The translations under genes and the position numbers were made by a program. A stretch of 62,165 bases of DNA, filler included, from Globobulimina sp. (lineage: Eukaryota): the NCBI GenBank assembly GCA_003354225.1. It is 9 parts of 9 records of this genome, joined end to end, with 100 filler letters (N's around TTAATTAATTAA, not from the genome) between each part and the next. Parts side by side here need not be neighbours in the genome. Positions count along the whole stretch, not along the records: positions 27,744 to 34,560 come from PIVH01000233.1; positions 34,661 to 41,468 come from PIVH01000234.1; positions 41,569 to 48,375 come from PIVH01000235.1; 6 more parts are not named here. The stretch is one strand, 5' to 3'. The notes below the pieces were generated by a model, which worked only from the letters and a program-made list of their open reading frames with translations, did no database searches and was not told the origin of the DNA. The number at the start of each line of letters is the position of its first letter. Position 1 is the stretch's first letter. Positions 32,839 through 43,728 of this stretch are shown piece by piece.

Positions 32839-34407
32839 CTATGCGGCCCAATGACACAAAGGACAGACCCACGTACCTTGTATTTCACTCACAACGCCCT
32901 TTCCCGTCTTCCTACTCATCATTCGTAGATTGGTTGCCATCAAACTCGATTTGTGTTGGATTTTGTTGGTGTGATTTGCAATTAATTCGAAACCTAATGT
33001 TGTTTTGTCAACATGGTATTCTTTGCTCCATCGATGGATTCCGCGTTGATCGGAATTTAGCATTTGTTCCACCGATTGCTTCTGTGGCGAATTGTTGTTA
33101 TTTTGGTTTGAAATCACTTTCCCTAAATTCAAGGAGAGTGAGTCTTGTCGCTGTAATATCTGTTTCAAAATTGAATTATCAGTGGTTCCAGACTCACCAC
33201 CCTCCATTTCCTCACTTTTCAATTCCAATCTGCGTCTTTTATGTGGACGATCTGAATCTAACTCGTCCCATTCGCTCCGTGCATGAATGGTTCCACTCAA
33301 TGCAGGATTTTTGATAATTTTATCATTCTTTGTGATAAATAATTCCTTCGGTATGACATCTAAAACCGTGTATGCTTTAATTCGTTTTCCATTTTCATCA
33401 ATATATCCTTTGTCCACTAAAAATTTAAATTGTTCAAAATAAACATCAATGACTAATTTGCGTAATTCAGTTGGGTCAGAAACGCCTGACACTCCTTGAA
33501 AACGATCGGATTTTGGCGGTAAATTATGGTAAACACGGTAATTGACTAAGAATTGGATCATGCGATGATTATACGCATTGAATTCATGTTTGTAATCATT
33601 ATAATTTACGGAAGTTCGTTTGGCGAATCTTCCAATATTTTGTAAATATTCTTTTCTTGTTTTAATGACTAATTTGTATCTTTTCTTGAATCCTGATTCA
33701 TATTCTTTTGCTTTGTCAGCTTTGACAAAATTCGAGCTCACAAATTTTTTAATCCTTGCACTCGTAATCGTTTCTGATGATTTCTCATCGGATTTGATCT
33801 CAATGTCTCCCGAATCCATTCTAAAAATGTCATCATCATCGGTGGGATAATCGACATCTTCCTCTTCTATGCTGTCCGCAATTTCCTCCTCTTCTTCATG
33901 CGTGGAATCTTCGTCATGCACAGATTCTTCATCTCGTGGACGAACTCGTGACTCCGCTTCCGGTGATTCCGGGAAAGTCCATGCATCGATAATATCATTG
34001 ATTGCAAATTCTCTCTCACGACTATCCCAATTTTTCTGTCTTTTGGTTGAAAGACTTTGATAAAAGAGGTCGGTATTTGTTACTAATGTGTATAATTTGT
34101 GGGTGTTCGGTGGCGGGTCATCGGGGTTTTGCTCTTCATAACGTTGAGCGACCCGAAAGGCATCGCCTAATCCTTGTAAATCAACATTTAAACCTTTTTT
34201 ATTGCCATAAGGTAATATCAAATGTTCTTTGATTAACGCTGCAATCGCAGCAATGGATTGACTCCCTAATTTGCCATCACGTGCCGCTTTTTTAATTCCT
34301 TTAATTATTGTGAATTGCGTAAACGACGTCGTTTGTTTGTAATAAAATACGTCTTGATCGAGCATAGGCCCGTTGACGTAGACTTTGCGTGTTGTGCTTA
34401 CTGGCAT
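32839..34407 (-). CDS. Retroelement ORF1 (probable Gag N-terminal part / shared leader exon ending at 32877)
   Basis: 522-aa ORF with an acidic tract and a basic KRRR cluster; donor AAG|GTACGT 12 codons before its stop. Confidence 0.65.
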   Translation of the reverse strand: MPVSTTRKVYVNGPMLDQDVFYYKQTTSFTQFTIIKGIKKAARDGKLGSQSIAAIAALIKEHLILPYGNKKGLNVDLQGLGDAFRVAQRYEEQNPDDPPPNTHKLYTLVTNTDLFYQSLSTKRQKNWDSREREFAINDIIDAWTFPESPEAESRVRPRDEESVHDEDSTHEEEEEIADSIEEEDVDYPTDDDDIFRMDSGDIEIKSDEKSSETITSARIKKFVSSNFVKADKAKEYESGFKKRYKLVIKTRKEYLQNIGRFAKRTSVNYNDYKHEFNAYNHRMIQFLVNYRVYHNLPPKSDRFQGVSGVSDPTELRKLVIDVYFEQFKFLVDKGYIDENGKRIKAYTVLDVIPKELFITKNDKIIKNPALSGTIHARSEWDELDSDRPHKRRRLELKSEEMEGGESGTTDNSILKQILQRQDSLSLNLGKVISNQNNNNSPQKQSVEQMLNSDQRGIHRWSKEYHVDKTTLGFELIANHTNKIQHKSSLMATNLRMMSRKTGKGVVSEIQGTWVCPLCHWAA

Positions 34408-35612
34408 CTTGTTATAATATTGATATTATAACGTTCTTTGCTTGGGAAACGTTAGTATGCACTTCGCGGAAAAGAGGTTTTTTGTTTGTAAATTAAACTA
34501 AAGACTACTAAAACAAAAAACACTTTTGTTGCGAAGTTATTTTCAATACCTTGATGATTANNNNNNNNNNNNNNNNNNNNNNNNNNNNNNNNNNNNNNNN
34601 NNNNTTAATTAATTAANNNNNNNNNNNNNNNNNNNNNNNNNNNNNNNNNNNNNNNNNNNNAGTCTGAGGGGGTGAGGTGAGGGGAGTTAGGTGACCATAC
34701 AATATATCCAACAGAAAATAAAATTCAAAATAATATCTTAAAACAAAAAGTAACTTATATAGTAATATGAAACAAAATGAAACAACATTCAACAAATCAA
34801 AATTAAGGAATGTATGCTATAATGTTATAATAATAAGAGTTGGATATAAAATACACAGAAGGTAATGGACGGAAAGAGAATGGACAAAAAGCACAAATTA
34901 AAACAAATAAGAAAGATATTAAAGCTCAATAACAAAAAACAAAAAAATATAATTAACACAAAAAAAACCACCAAAGCAAAAGGCAAAAGAAAACAACATA
35001 TTTACGTTCTTGTTATCGCACTAAATTTTTTGTAAGAAAAAAAATTCAAAATCAATATAGAAAATGTGAACAAATACAACCAAACACCGAAATAAAAGAA
35101 AGTCATATTGAAATCATATATTTTGTCATAAAATTTGTAATATAAAAAAAACCCGCTTTCAAAAAAAAACAGAACGAAAATATTTGTGAAAAAAAATAAA
35201 AAAACACACAAAATAAGAAAATACAGCAGATTTTGTTGCATTTAACCTGTTAAGTCTGGTCTGTGAACAAACTACAAAAAAACAACAAATCAGAAAAAAA
35301 TACAAAATAAGTTTGCAGAATAAGGTCTAAAAAATCACACAAAAATATCGTACGAGAAAGAGATATTAAAATGGAACACAAAAAAAATAATCAAAAGATA
35401 CATGAAAACATTAAGTTAAATTTTATTTGATTTTAAAAATTATAACTCAACGATGAGCAAATACAAAAAAAAAATAAAAAAAAGAAGCAGAATCGCTCAT
35501 TTTATCTTTTCTTTTGCATCTTACATAGAATAAATAACTATAATTTCAAGCTAATAAACAAAGATTTTATTTATTTATTACAAAATTGCAGAAAAAAAAT
35601 ACAAAAAGTAAT

Positions 35613-37730
35613 TTAGATATACGGTGGAAACGTATTAATATTGGGATTGGCGGAAAACATATGAATATCATTATGATTCTCAGTAAACATTAACCCGTTA
35701 AACGGCATCGCAGATTGATTCCCGTCCATATCGTCCTCGTCATGTTCAAGCACATTATGTTTGCCATCCATCTGCGTGTCGTGTATATCAATGTCGCCAT
35801 CCTCGCGTTTCTGGTTATGAATCAACTGGAAATTATTCAAAACGGGCGGGGTATCGGAGGCCGATGTGGTGGGCGTATTGGTGTTCAAATTGGGCGTGTT
35901 ATTATTTGTATTCTGTGCATTGGCAAAGTCGGCGGCTAGCGAGTACCCAACGGATGGGGTGGTATTAAAAAAGTGATCGCTCACACTTTGATTCGCGGCG
36001 TGCATACCAAATTGTTGCTGTTTGTGTGCATTTTGCAGTGTAACAAATGTATACTATGTATGGTGTATATGTACCTGATTTATGCGTTGATGGTCGATGC
36101 GAGCCTCCAATGAATGTATTCGTGTAAGTAGCTGATGGATGATATCCTTTTGGGAGTTTTGAGTATCGGTCAAGCGATTTAATTGCTGTACCAATTGGTT
36201 ATACTGTCTCGCTGGCAATAATACATTATTTATATTGTTAAAGGTGCCGTTGGGCGGTGGCACCGGCAAATTGTAACCAGATTGGTTTGAATTGGAGGTC
36301 GACGGCGAAACTATACCGAACTGCGCAGAATTGAAGGTACTGTTACTCGAACCGGGTGACACCACTTGCAAATTATTACTGTTATTACTCAATGCAGCGT
36401 TATTATTGTTGTGTTGGTGCACATTTAAGTCGGACACAGTGAATATCTGTTGGTTGCCGCCCACATTGAAGGAGAAAGAGCCGCCGTCGATTGTACCGTT
36501 ATTATTATTATCCGCGTTATTGAGGTCATTGCTGGCATGGCTGTCCGCAGACAACGCCGGGATTTGAGGTATTTGTGGCATGGGCACAGTGGGCAACGGT
36601 ATGGTCGGTATAGTGGGCATAATGTTGTTAGGCGGCCCGAAGCAATGTGCTTTACTCATCTCTGCGCCGTGGCCGTGGCCGTTGCCATGCGAGTTGCATT
36701 TAATTAGCATCGTTAGTCTCTGGAGACATTCTTGGTATTTTCCCTGCAGTGCACACAACAAACGTTATAAATGAATTATAAAATAAATGTAATGTACGGT
36801 TTAACTTAACTTCAAAATACGTTGCTGCCTCGGAAGTATGTGATGGAAATTGAGAGGAATACGGATGATCGATGGCGTATTGCTGGAATATTTTAGAGGT
36901 GGTGCTCTTTGCCGTTTTGATGGAATTCTCGATCAACAGAGGCGTTTTTCGCCCGGTGTCGTTTAATGAGATCTTGGCGGAACATAAGCGAGCTAAATAA
37001 CCGTATCTTAAGGTTGTAGATAATAAGTTGACGGCAGATTTGTTGGCCGTGAATATAGCGGCGGAATGTTGCTCCGCATAGGACTCAGAATGATGGATCA
37101 TTTCAGGGAATAAAGTTAAGGCATAGTTGGGGGCTTTGCGCCCATTTAACCAGTTTTTCGCTTTGTATTCGAACTCTGTGTAGGATTTGGGCATATATTG
37201 CATTTGTTGCGTTTTTAAACCGGTCCATTCAGCTAAAAATCGTAAATGTTTTAAGGGATTGGACACTTCGAACACGAATTTGGGATAATCAGAGCAATCG
37301 ATATTGGCCTCGCGCAGGATTTGGTGGAGTTTGTCCATGGTTTTCTTGGTGGTGTCGTTGACGAATTGGCTCCAAAACACGGCGCGCGTTTTGATATTTT
37401 TGCTTTCCATGTCCTGTGGGTTTTAGATGTACGAATCCGGTGCAAACACAGTTTATGGACAAATATGTATATTTACAATGACACAAACAGGTGTATGGTC
37501 GGATGTATTTTGTATATTTCACATACGATAAGCATTTGGCGACAGGTTGTGACCCATGTTTTTGTCTGTTTTGTTGTTTATATTTATATTTGTTTTTGTA
37601 TAACGAGTATTCACATATATAGACATACATCATTTGGGTGCATCTGTGGCACATTTTTAGTGTTTATATTTCTCATTCCAAGCATAACATTTTTAGAGTT
37701 CTGTTGGAATGATTGAGCCACAGAAGCCAT
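35613..37730 (-). CDS. Five-exon hypothetical protein with N/Q/P-rich low-complexity C-terminus and coiled coil
   Basis: ORFs 36700-37410, 36054-36761 and 35613-36005 plus two small 5' exons join at phase-0 GT-AG junctions; no family recognised. Confidence 0.6.
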
Positions 37731-37995
37731 GGATATATTAAATGTCGGTGATTGGGAATTGTTGCGGGATTGCATGGTTAGCTATGACTATGAGTTGATA
37801 TATTTAATATTATATAGATTTGAAAGGAAGATTCTATTTGTTTTTTTTTTAATTTTCGTCTTCGTTTCAGTTGAATGGTATCAATATGACCAAAAAAAAC
37901 AGACTCTTAGAAAACAGACATGTTGGCAAGAGTTTTTAGTGGGTGCACACTTGAAAAAAGATTGTAATCTCCGTTGAAAACCTTTATTTATACTC

Positions 37996-39495
37996 ATGTC
38001 GCTTGCAACAGCAGTTAAATTCCGATTTTTAGCTGCCCAATTAACCAAAAAAGAGCTGCACCAATTTCTTGATTCTAACACCAATATTATTATTACAGCA
38101 TTATTTAATCAAATATTAAACACATCAATAAATCAACAATCTGAAGGTGATAATATCAACAATGCAATATCAAATATCATTTTATCTCGAAAGAAAAAAC
38201 CAAAACCAATTCCAACCCAAAATATTCAGTTAAATCAATTACCAAAAAGATTAATTGGGGAAATATCTTCATTTTTAGATCAAAATCAGAATTTTAATTT
38301 TGGTAAAACAAATCGATTTATTTATTTAGGATGCAATTCACCAAATTTATTAAAAGAATTGGATTTAATGGAAATTGAAAATTATTCACATGTTAATTTA
38401 GGATTATATCCATCTGTAAAAGATTTAAGATTAAATTTAAACAAATTTAATGAACGCATACCAGCAATAAATGAGTCACCGAGATCTGTCATGAACGAAT
38501 TAGAAGCAATTGAATTAAATGGAGAGAAAAAAAATGACATTGATATTGACAATTTTTTAGAATTTACCCAGATAAATACAAATAACGTAACAAAATTAAG
38601 ATATTCAGAGTTTGGAGATGCTGATTATTTCCCAGCTGATAAATTTATGAAATTATTGACAAAATTTCCAAATATACAATATTTAGATTTGTTTTTTGTA
38701 TACGTTGAGTTGAATCGATATCATATTGAAATTAAAGATTTATATAATTTAAAAGGTTTAAACTTGATTACTGGCCCTGATATTAGTAAATCATTAATTA
38801 ATACATTTGGGAATAATTTAGTTTTTTTATCATTTATTGAATTTCATAACGACTTTGATTTTAGTTTACAAAATATAGATTTTGGTAAATTGCAAGAATT
38901 GGTATTATGGCATCCAACAAATAAATCGATGAATGATATTTTATTAACTGCTAAAAATTTAAAGAAAATTGGTATTATTTCAAGTTTCCACGGATTATCA
39001 ACATCATCATTGATGACACCAAATGAAACAAAGAAAATAATGACAAAATTAATAAAAACATGTAAATCATTGGAATTTGTTGAATTTGGGGTTAAGTCTG
39101 CAGCCGGTGGTGAAATATTTAAATATGCATTGGATGGAATAGAAAGTGGTTTGAATGAAACAAAAAAATGGAAAAGAAATCAAATGAAAGTACGATTTAT
39201 AGTGGATTGTGAATGTGATGATGAATTAAATCCAAATGATTTTATGCTAAATAAAATGGTAAGAAAAATTATGGATTGCTTGCTTGATTCAGAAATAAAT
39301 GATTTTATGCTTAGTTTTTCATTTCGGAATTTGAGTGAGAAAATTGATACAAATATTTCATTGAAAGAATTAAAATCCAAATATTTATCAACAAAGGTGA
39401 AAGTTAGCTGTTTCAAACATGATTTTGTATTTACAAATACTGACTGTAAAATTAATGGAATTCGAGAATCATGGAAAATTACATTATATGAATGA
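37996..39495 (+). CDS. Lineage-specific F-box-like/LRR-like protein; paralog of 19367-20717
   Basis: Long near-identical blocks shared with the paralog (KTNR.IYLGCNSPNLLK, MNELEAIELNG, FPADKFMKLL.KFPNIQYLDL, MNDILLTAKNLKK). Confidence 0.75.
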   Translation: MSLATAVKFRFLAAQLTKKELHQFLDSNTNIIITALFNQILNTSINQQSEGDNINNAISNIILSRKKKPKPIPTQNIQLNQLPKRLIGEISSFLDQNQNFNFGKTNRFIYLGCNSPNLLKELDLMEIENYSHVNLGLYPSVKDLRLNLNKFNERIPAINESPRSVMNELEAIELNGEKKNDIDIDNFLEFTQINTNNVTKLRYSEFGDADYFPADKFMKLLTKFPNIQYLDLFFVYVELNRYHIEIKDLYNLKGLNLITGPDISKSLINTFGNNLVFLSFIEFHNDFDFSLQNIDFGKLQELVLWHPTNKSMNDILLTAKNLKKIGIISSFHGLSTSSLMTPNETKKIMTKLIKTCKSLEFVEFGVKSAAGGEIFKYALDGIESGLNETKKWKRNQMKVRFIVDCECDDELNPNDFMLNKMVRKIMDCLLDSEINDFMLSFSFRNLSEKIDTNISLKELKSKYLSTKVKVSCFKHDFVFTNTDCKINGIRESWKITLYE

Positions 39496-39754
39496 CAATT
39501 GCAAATAAAATTCATCCACGAATCCCAACCAATATTGTGATTGTTACTGTGTAATTTTCACGTGTACGATCGTAAGTTAATTGTCACACTGCATTATACT
39601 CAAAACCCTTATGATATCCAGTACGTCTGTACGTTGTTAGTCTTCGACATTCACCGTGGACTCCAAATGCGCATCACCTTATACTCCAAACCCGATGCGC
39701 ATCGCATTCACATTGGACTTTTAATAGGATGGTTTTCGAGAATCTACTTAGAAC

Positions 39755-41238
39755 ATGAACCCAATAATCCAAGTGATCAAACTATTGACGTATACATTGT
39801 TGTTGGTAAAATGCATAGGTCAATACGACACGACAGCTGATCTGCCATCTACAATGCAAACCCCATCCTCACCGTGGAATGACGGTTACATGATCCCCAT
39901 CGCAGAAATTCATAATTTCCATCCAGAATCTAGCGTTGTTACCCTGTCAAAACCGCAAATAGCGTGCCTCTGCTGGTGGAACCCAGATAGTAATGGCGAT
40001 GATGGCTATGAACCTGTCGCTGTTGCATTTACATATGGTATCCATATACTATTTAACTTATATATTAATATACAAAATATATACAGCAATCGTAGACGAA
40101 TCAAATACTGACATTTTACATGAATCCCCATTATCTGACCTAGCGTATCGGCCATTTAGTTATGATACCTTTTATCACGAGCCGTGGATGAACGTAGCAA
40201 CATCCAATGATCCGCAGGTCAACGCCCATATTGCGTATATGATGAATTTGGACCAAAAAACGCAATGGAAACGCGTTGCCATCAAAATAACAAATAAAAA
40301 TGATATTGGATTATCGACTGAGATTGATTGGGATGTAGCAAGCCAAGGAAACACGATATCTTTTATAGTCACAGCATGGCGTTTTTCCAGCAATACAAAC
40401 GTAGGAAACACAGTGACTTACAGTCCGACACCAATTCCTACCCACAGTCCAACCCATATTCCCACACAAAGTCCAACACAAAACCCAACACAAATACCCA
40501 CACAAAAACCAACTCCAATCACACAAAATCCGTCGCAAACTCCCTCACAAAATCCATCGCAAAATCCAACGCAATCTCCAACAAAAAATCCCACACAAAC
40601 ACCATCGCAACATCCCACCACACAAAGTCCCACAAAAAAGTCCAACCAATACTCCAACTGCTGATCCAACATCAGATCCCACCGCAGATCCAACATTTGC
40701 TGAGAAGGCAGTATCCGATGAGCATGATACGAGTACCAGTACGACATTGGCATCAGATGACAGAAACGTGAGTGGTCAAAGTGGCTTTGCAGCATATTAT
40801 AATAACTATATATTGTGGGTATTGGTGCTGATCATAAATGTGATGATTTGCTGTTTATTAATTGTTTATATTGTTTGGAAGAGAAGAAAACTTAAAACAA
40901 AGAGAATTGAAAGCGATGTTATTAAACATAACGTATTGGCAGACTCTGGTTCTGGTTCTGGCGCTGTGTCGAATATGAGCGGCGATATTGCATTGACCGC
41001 GATGTCAATACAGAATAATGTGAATATGAATGTTATTAATCCGGTGGTTGCAGCGCATGTGATGGGAGTGACGCCTTTTGGGATTGTAACTTTGGATGAA
41101 CATAATATTCATAGTCAGGAATTCGGAGCACAGACCGGTAACGATGGTGATTATGATTCAGATGATTCGAGTAAATTATATGGGAGTCATGAACAGGATG
41201 ATGATCATAGTTATCGCGTCACAAAAGGGTTTCAATGA
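39755..41238 (+). CDS. Type I membrane protein: signal peptide, PT-repeat stalk, one TM; one intron and an apparent +1 frameshift at 40634-40639
   Basis: Hydrophobic N-terminus, (PTQS/PTQN)n repeats, TM ILWVLVLIINVMICCLLIVYIVW followed by KRRK; repeats continue in a different frame after an A6 run. Confidence 0.7.
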
Positions 41239-41568
41239 GTATTTATTATATATTATAATCATAATATTAAATCAATAAATCAGATTTTTGTTTTTTGCAA
41301 CTGACCAAATTGTCTAACTTGTACAAATTAGAATTTTTGTGATGGTTATATTAATTACTAAAATTATTTTGCAATTGGCATAGTTTATTTTGTTGTTACT
41401 GGATTCGCAGTTATCTTTTGTCGTTGTGAAAGAAAGTGAAAAACTTTGTTTTTAGAAACACGATACCGNNNNNNNNNNNNNNNNNNNNNNNNNNNNNNNN
41501 NNNNNNNNNNNNTTAATTAATTAANNNNNNNNNNNNNNNNNNNNNNNNNNNNNNNNNNNNNNNNNNNN

Positions 41569-42649
41569 TTTCTCTTTCTGTTTTTTGCGATGCAATAATG
41601 TTTCCTTTCGGCGCAGACGGTGCAGCTCCGGGTTCTACCTCCAATTCCGCGCCTGGTTCCACCTCCATTTCCATTTTCATTTTATTATCAAATTGATTAT
41701 GATTATGGCTCCCATTTAGCACAAGATCATAATGTTTATTTGCTTTGCTATCATCATTATTATTAACATTAATATTTGCATTCTGTTCTGCATTCGGATG
41801 AATTACAATATTTTGAATATTTTGTATATTTGGCGGTGTCACCACAGAATTATTATTATTATTTGGATGAGATTTGATCTGTTCGTGTTGCAGTATTTGA
41901 ATCCATGCTTTTCTATTTTGTCGATCCGATGCTTTGAATATAAATTTAGATTTTGTGGCTGTATTATATAAAATAAATTCACCGCATGTCGTATGATTTG
42001 GTTGTATGTCAATGTCATCGTCGATTATAACACTCTCTGTTGGATGTATATATTCTTTCTTTTGTTTAAATGTAAATAATGTGATGTCCTCGGTATTCAT
42101 ATCCAAAACGACCCATCTGCGCCGCCATGATTTTAAATATCGCGATTTCTTATCCAGCCATCCTTCCTTTAATATATGTTTAACCACAGTATTATTATTA
42201 ATATTATTGTTACCATGAAATGCCTGCTTCATATCATCCAAATCCTGCTGCAATTTGTTTATTTGATCTTTCTCATTCAAATCATTCGCCTCTCTTTGTT
42301 GTTGTTTCTTATCTGAATCATTTATTATGTGTGGCTCAAACTGTTTGTTTTTAATCTTAATCTGATTGACAGCATCTTTTAGTTCAGAATGTAATGAGAT
42401 AAATGTTTGTTGTAATGTTTGTATTTGTTGATTATCGATATCTGTGATCTTGTTAAAATTAGATTTAATGGATCGACATAGTGACGTTCCATCGCGTATA
42501 TGCGATGTCATGGTTTTTCTGAATTGAAGGGTATCCCGCTCGGTGCCAAGGATAGAAATACATTGTTCACATTGCGACTTGGCTTCAAACAATTTGTCCA
42601 AATCGATGCTGATTGCTTCGTATCTATTTTTATATCCAAATTGTGCCAT
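41569..42649 (-). CDS. Syntaxin-N-like helical domain plus PH domain protein (3' partial)
   Basis: LGTERDTLQFRK (syntaxin-7-like Habc); PH motifs ILKEGWLDKKSRYLKSWRRRWVVL and FKASD..NRKAWIQIL. Confidence 0.8.
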
Positions 42650-42831
42650 TATTCAAAGTGGTTTTTTGTTCGCGTTTTCGTTTTCACAAAAACGATATCA
42701 ACTCCTCCAAATCTCGTGCAGCTGCTTACTCACTTTTTTTATTTGAATTTCATAATTCTATTCTATTATTCACAAATATTCTATTTTTGTATAGAATTGA
42801 TTTTAGCACCTAACGTTTACATTAATTACAA

Positions 42832-43622
42832 ATGGATATTACGCTTCAAATTTATCACCATCACTTTATGTCTGACAAAAGGCATCATTTAAAGGTTAAA
42901 ATAAAGAGTGTCAACTCCATTTTAGAACTAAAGGAAGCAATTTCACAGCAATTCATCTCAAAAATAAATTATTTTATTGCTCCGCCTCAATTCCAATCAA
43001 TAATTCTTCATGGAAAAATATTTGATGATTTACAAACAGTGCAACAATTAGTATCCTCCTCACAATCAAATAATAATAATAATACTGTATTTCCTACAAA
43101 TATTAAACAAGGACAAATTATATTATTACAATGGCCGCGAACGGACTTACATTTAAGACAAATACATAATGTCATAACAGATTCATCATCAAAAGAAATT
43201 CATCCATTCACATTATGTAAAAAACTTAAAATTTCAATGACTCGGTTTGTTTTACTATTCTCTTTTTCTCTTTCTTTTTCTTAATTGTTTATAATATATT
43301 TAGATTCATGAAAATCATTCATTTTTTAGAGTCGGCGGGATGTTTAAGAATAGAATCAGCACCACATATAAATACACATTTAAATCATTTATCAAGAATG
43401 GAAGAAGAAGATAACAACCAATCACATTTAACTGAATCAACACAATTACAAAATGTTTCTCCATCTCACTCTCACTCTCTATCCTTTTCTTTGAGTGACA
43501 TTGATACAGATTTATTACGCTCTTTCCTTACCACTGTTAATGAACTCTCACTCGCTCAACAACTACTTGCACTCAATGATGATGCTGATGATGATGAACA
43601 AGAACATAAAGATGATGAATGA
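42832..43622 (+). CDS. Ubiquitin-like-domain protein, two exons
   Basis: SILELKEAI...IILHGKIFDDLQTV ubiquitin-like pattern; intron GTTTGT...TTTAG joins the two ORFs. Confidence 0.55.
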
Positions 43623-43728
43623 CTTTTTTGTAATTTGTTTTAATTTTATTTAAATTGTTTTGCCACAACGGATAATGAATCCAAAAAAACAGTTGAAAAA
43701 AGCCAAAAACTGAAAAACTAATTATATA

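Larger units (their letters stand above)
27744..34560 (-). mobile_element. Tyrosine-recombinase retrotransposon (DIRS order, Ngaro-like: no methyltransferase); termini not captured
   Basis: Same-strand order ORF1, Gag zinc-finger ORF, RT-RNaseH, tyrosine recombinase fills the whole contig. Confidence 0.9.

Noticed and set aside
34661-35612. A-rich stretch with small ORFs
   Set aside because: Low-complexity sequence consistent with a U-rich 3' UTR of the minus-strand gene ending at 35613.
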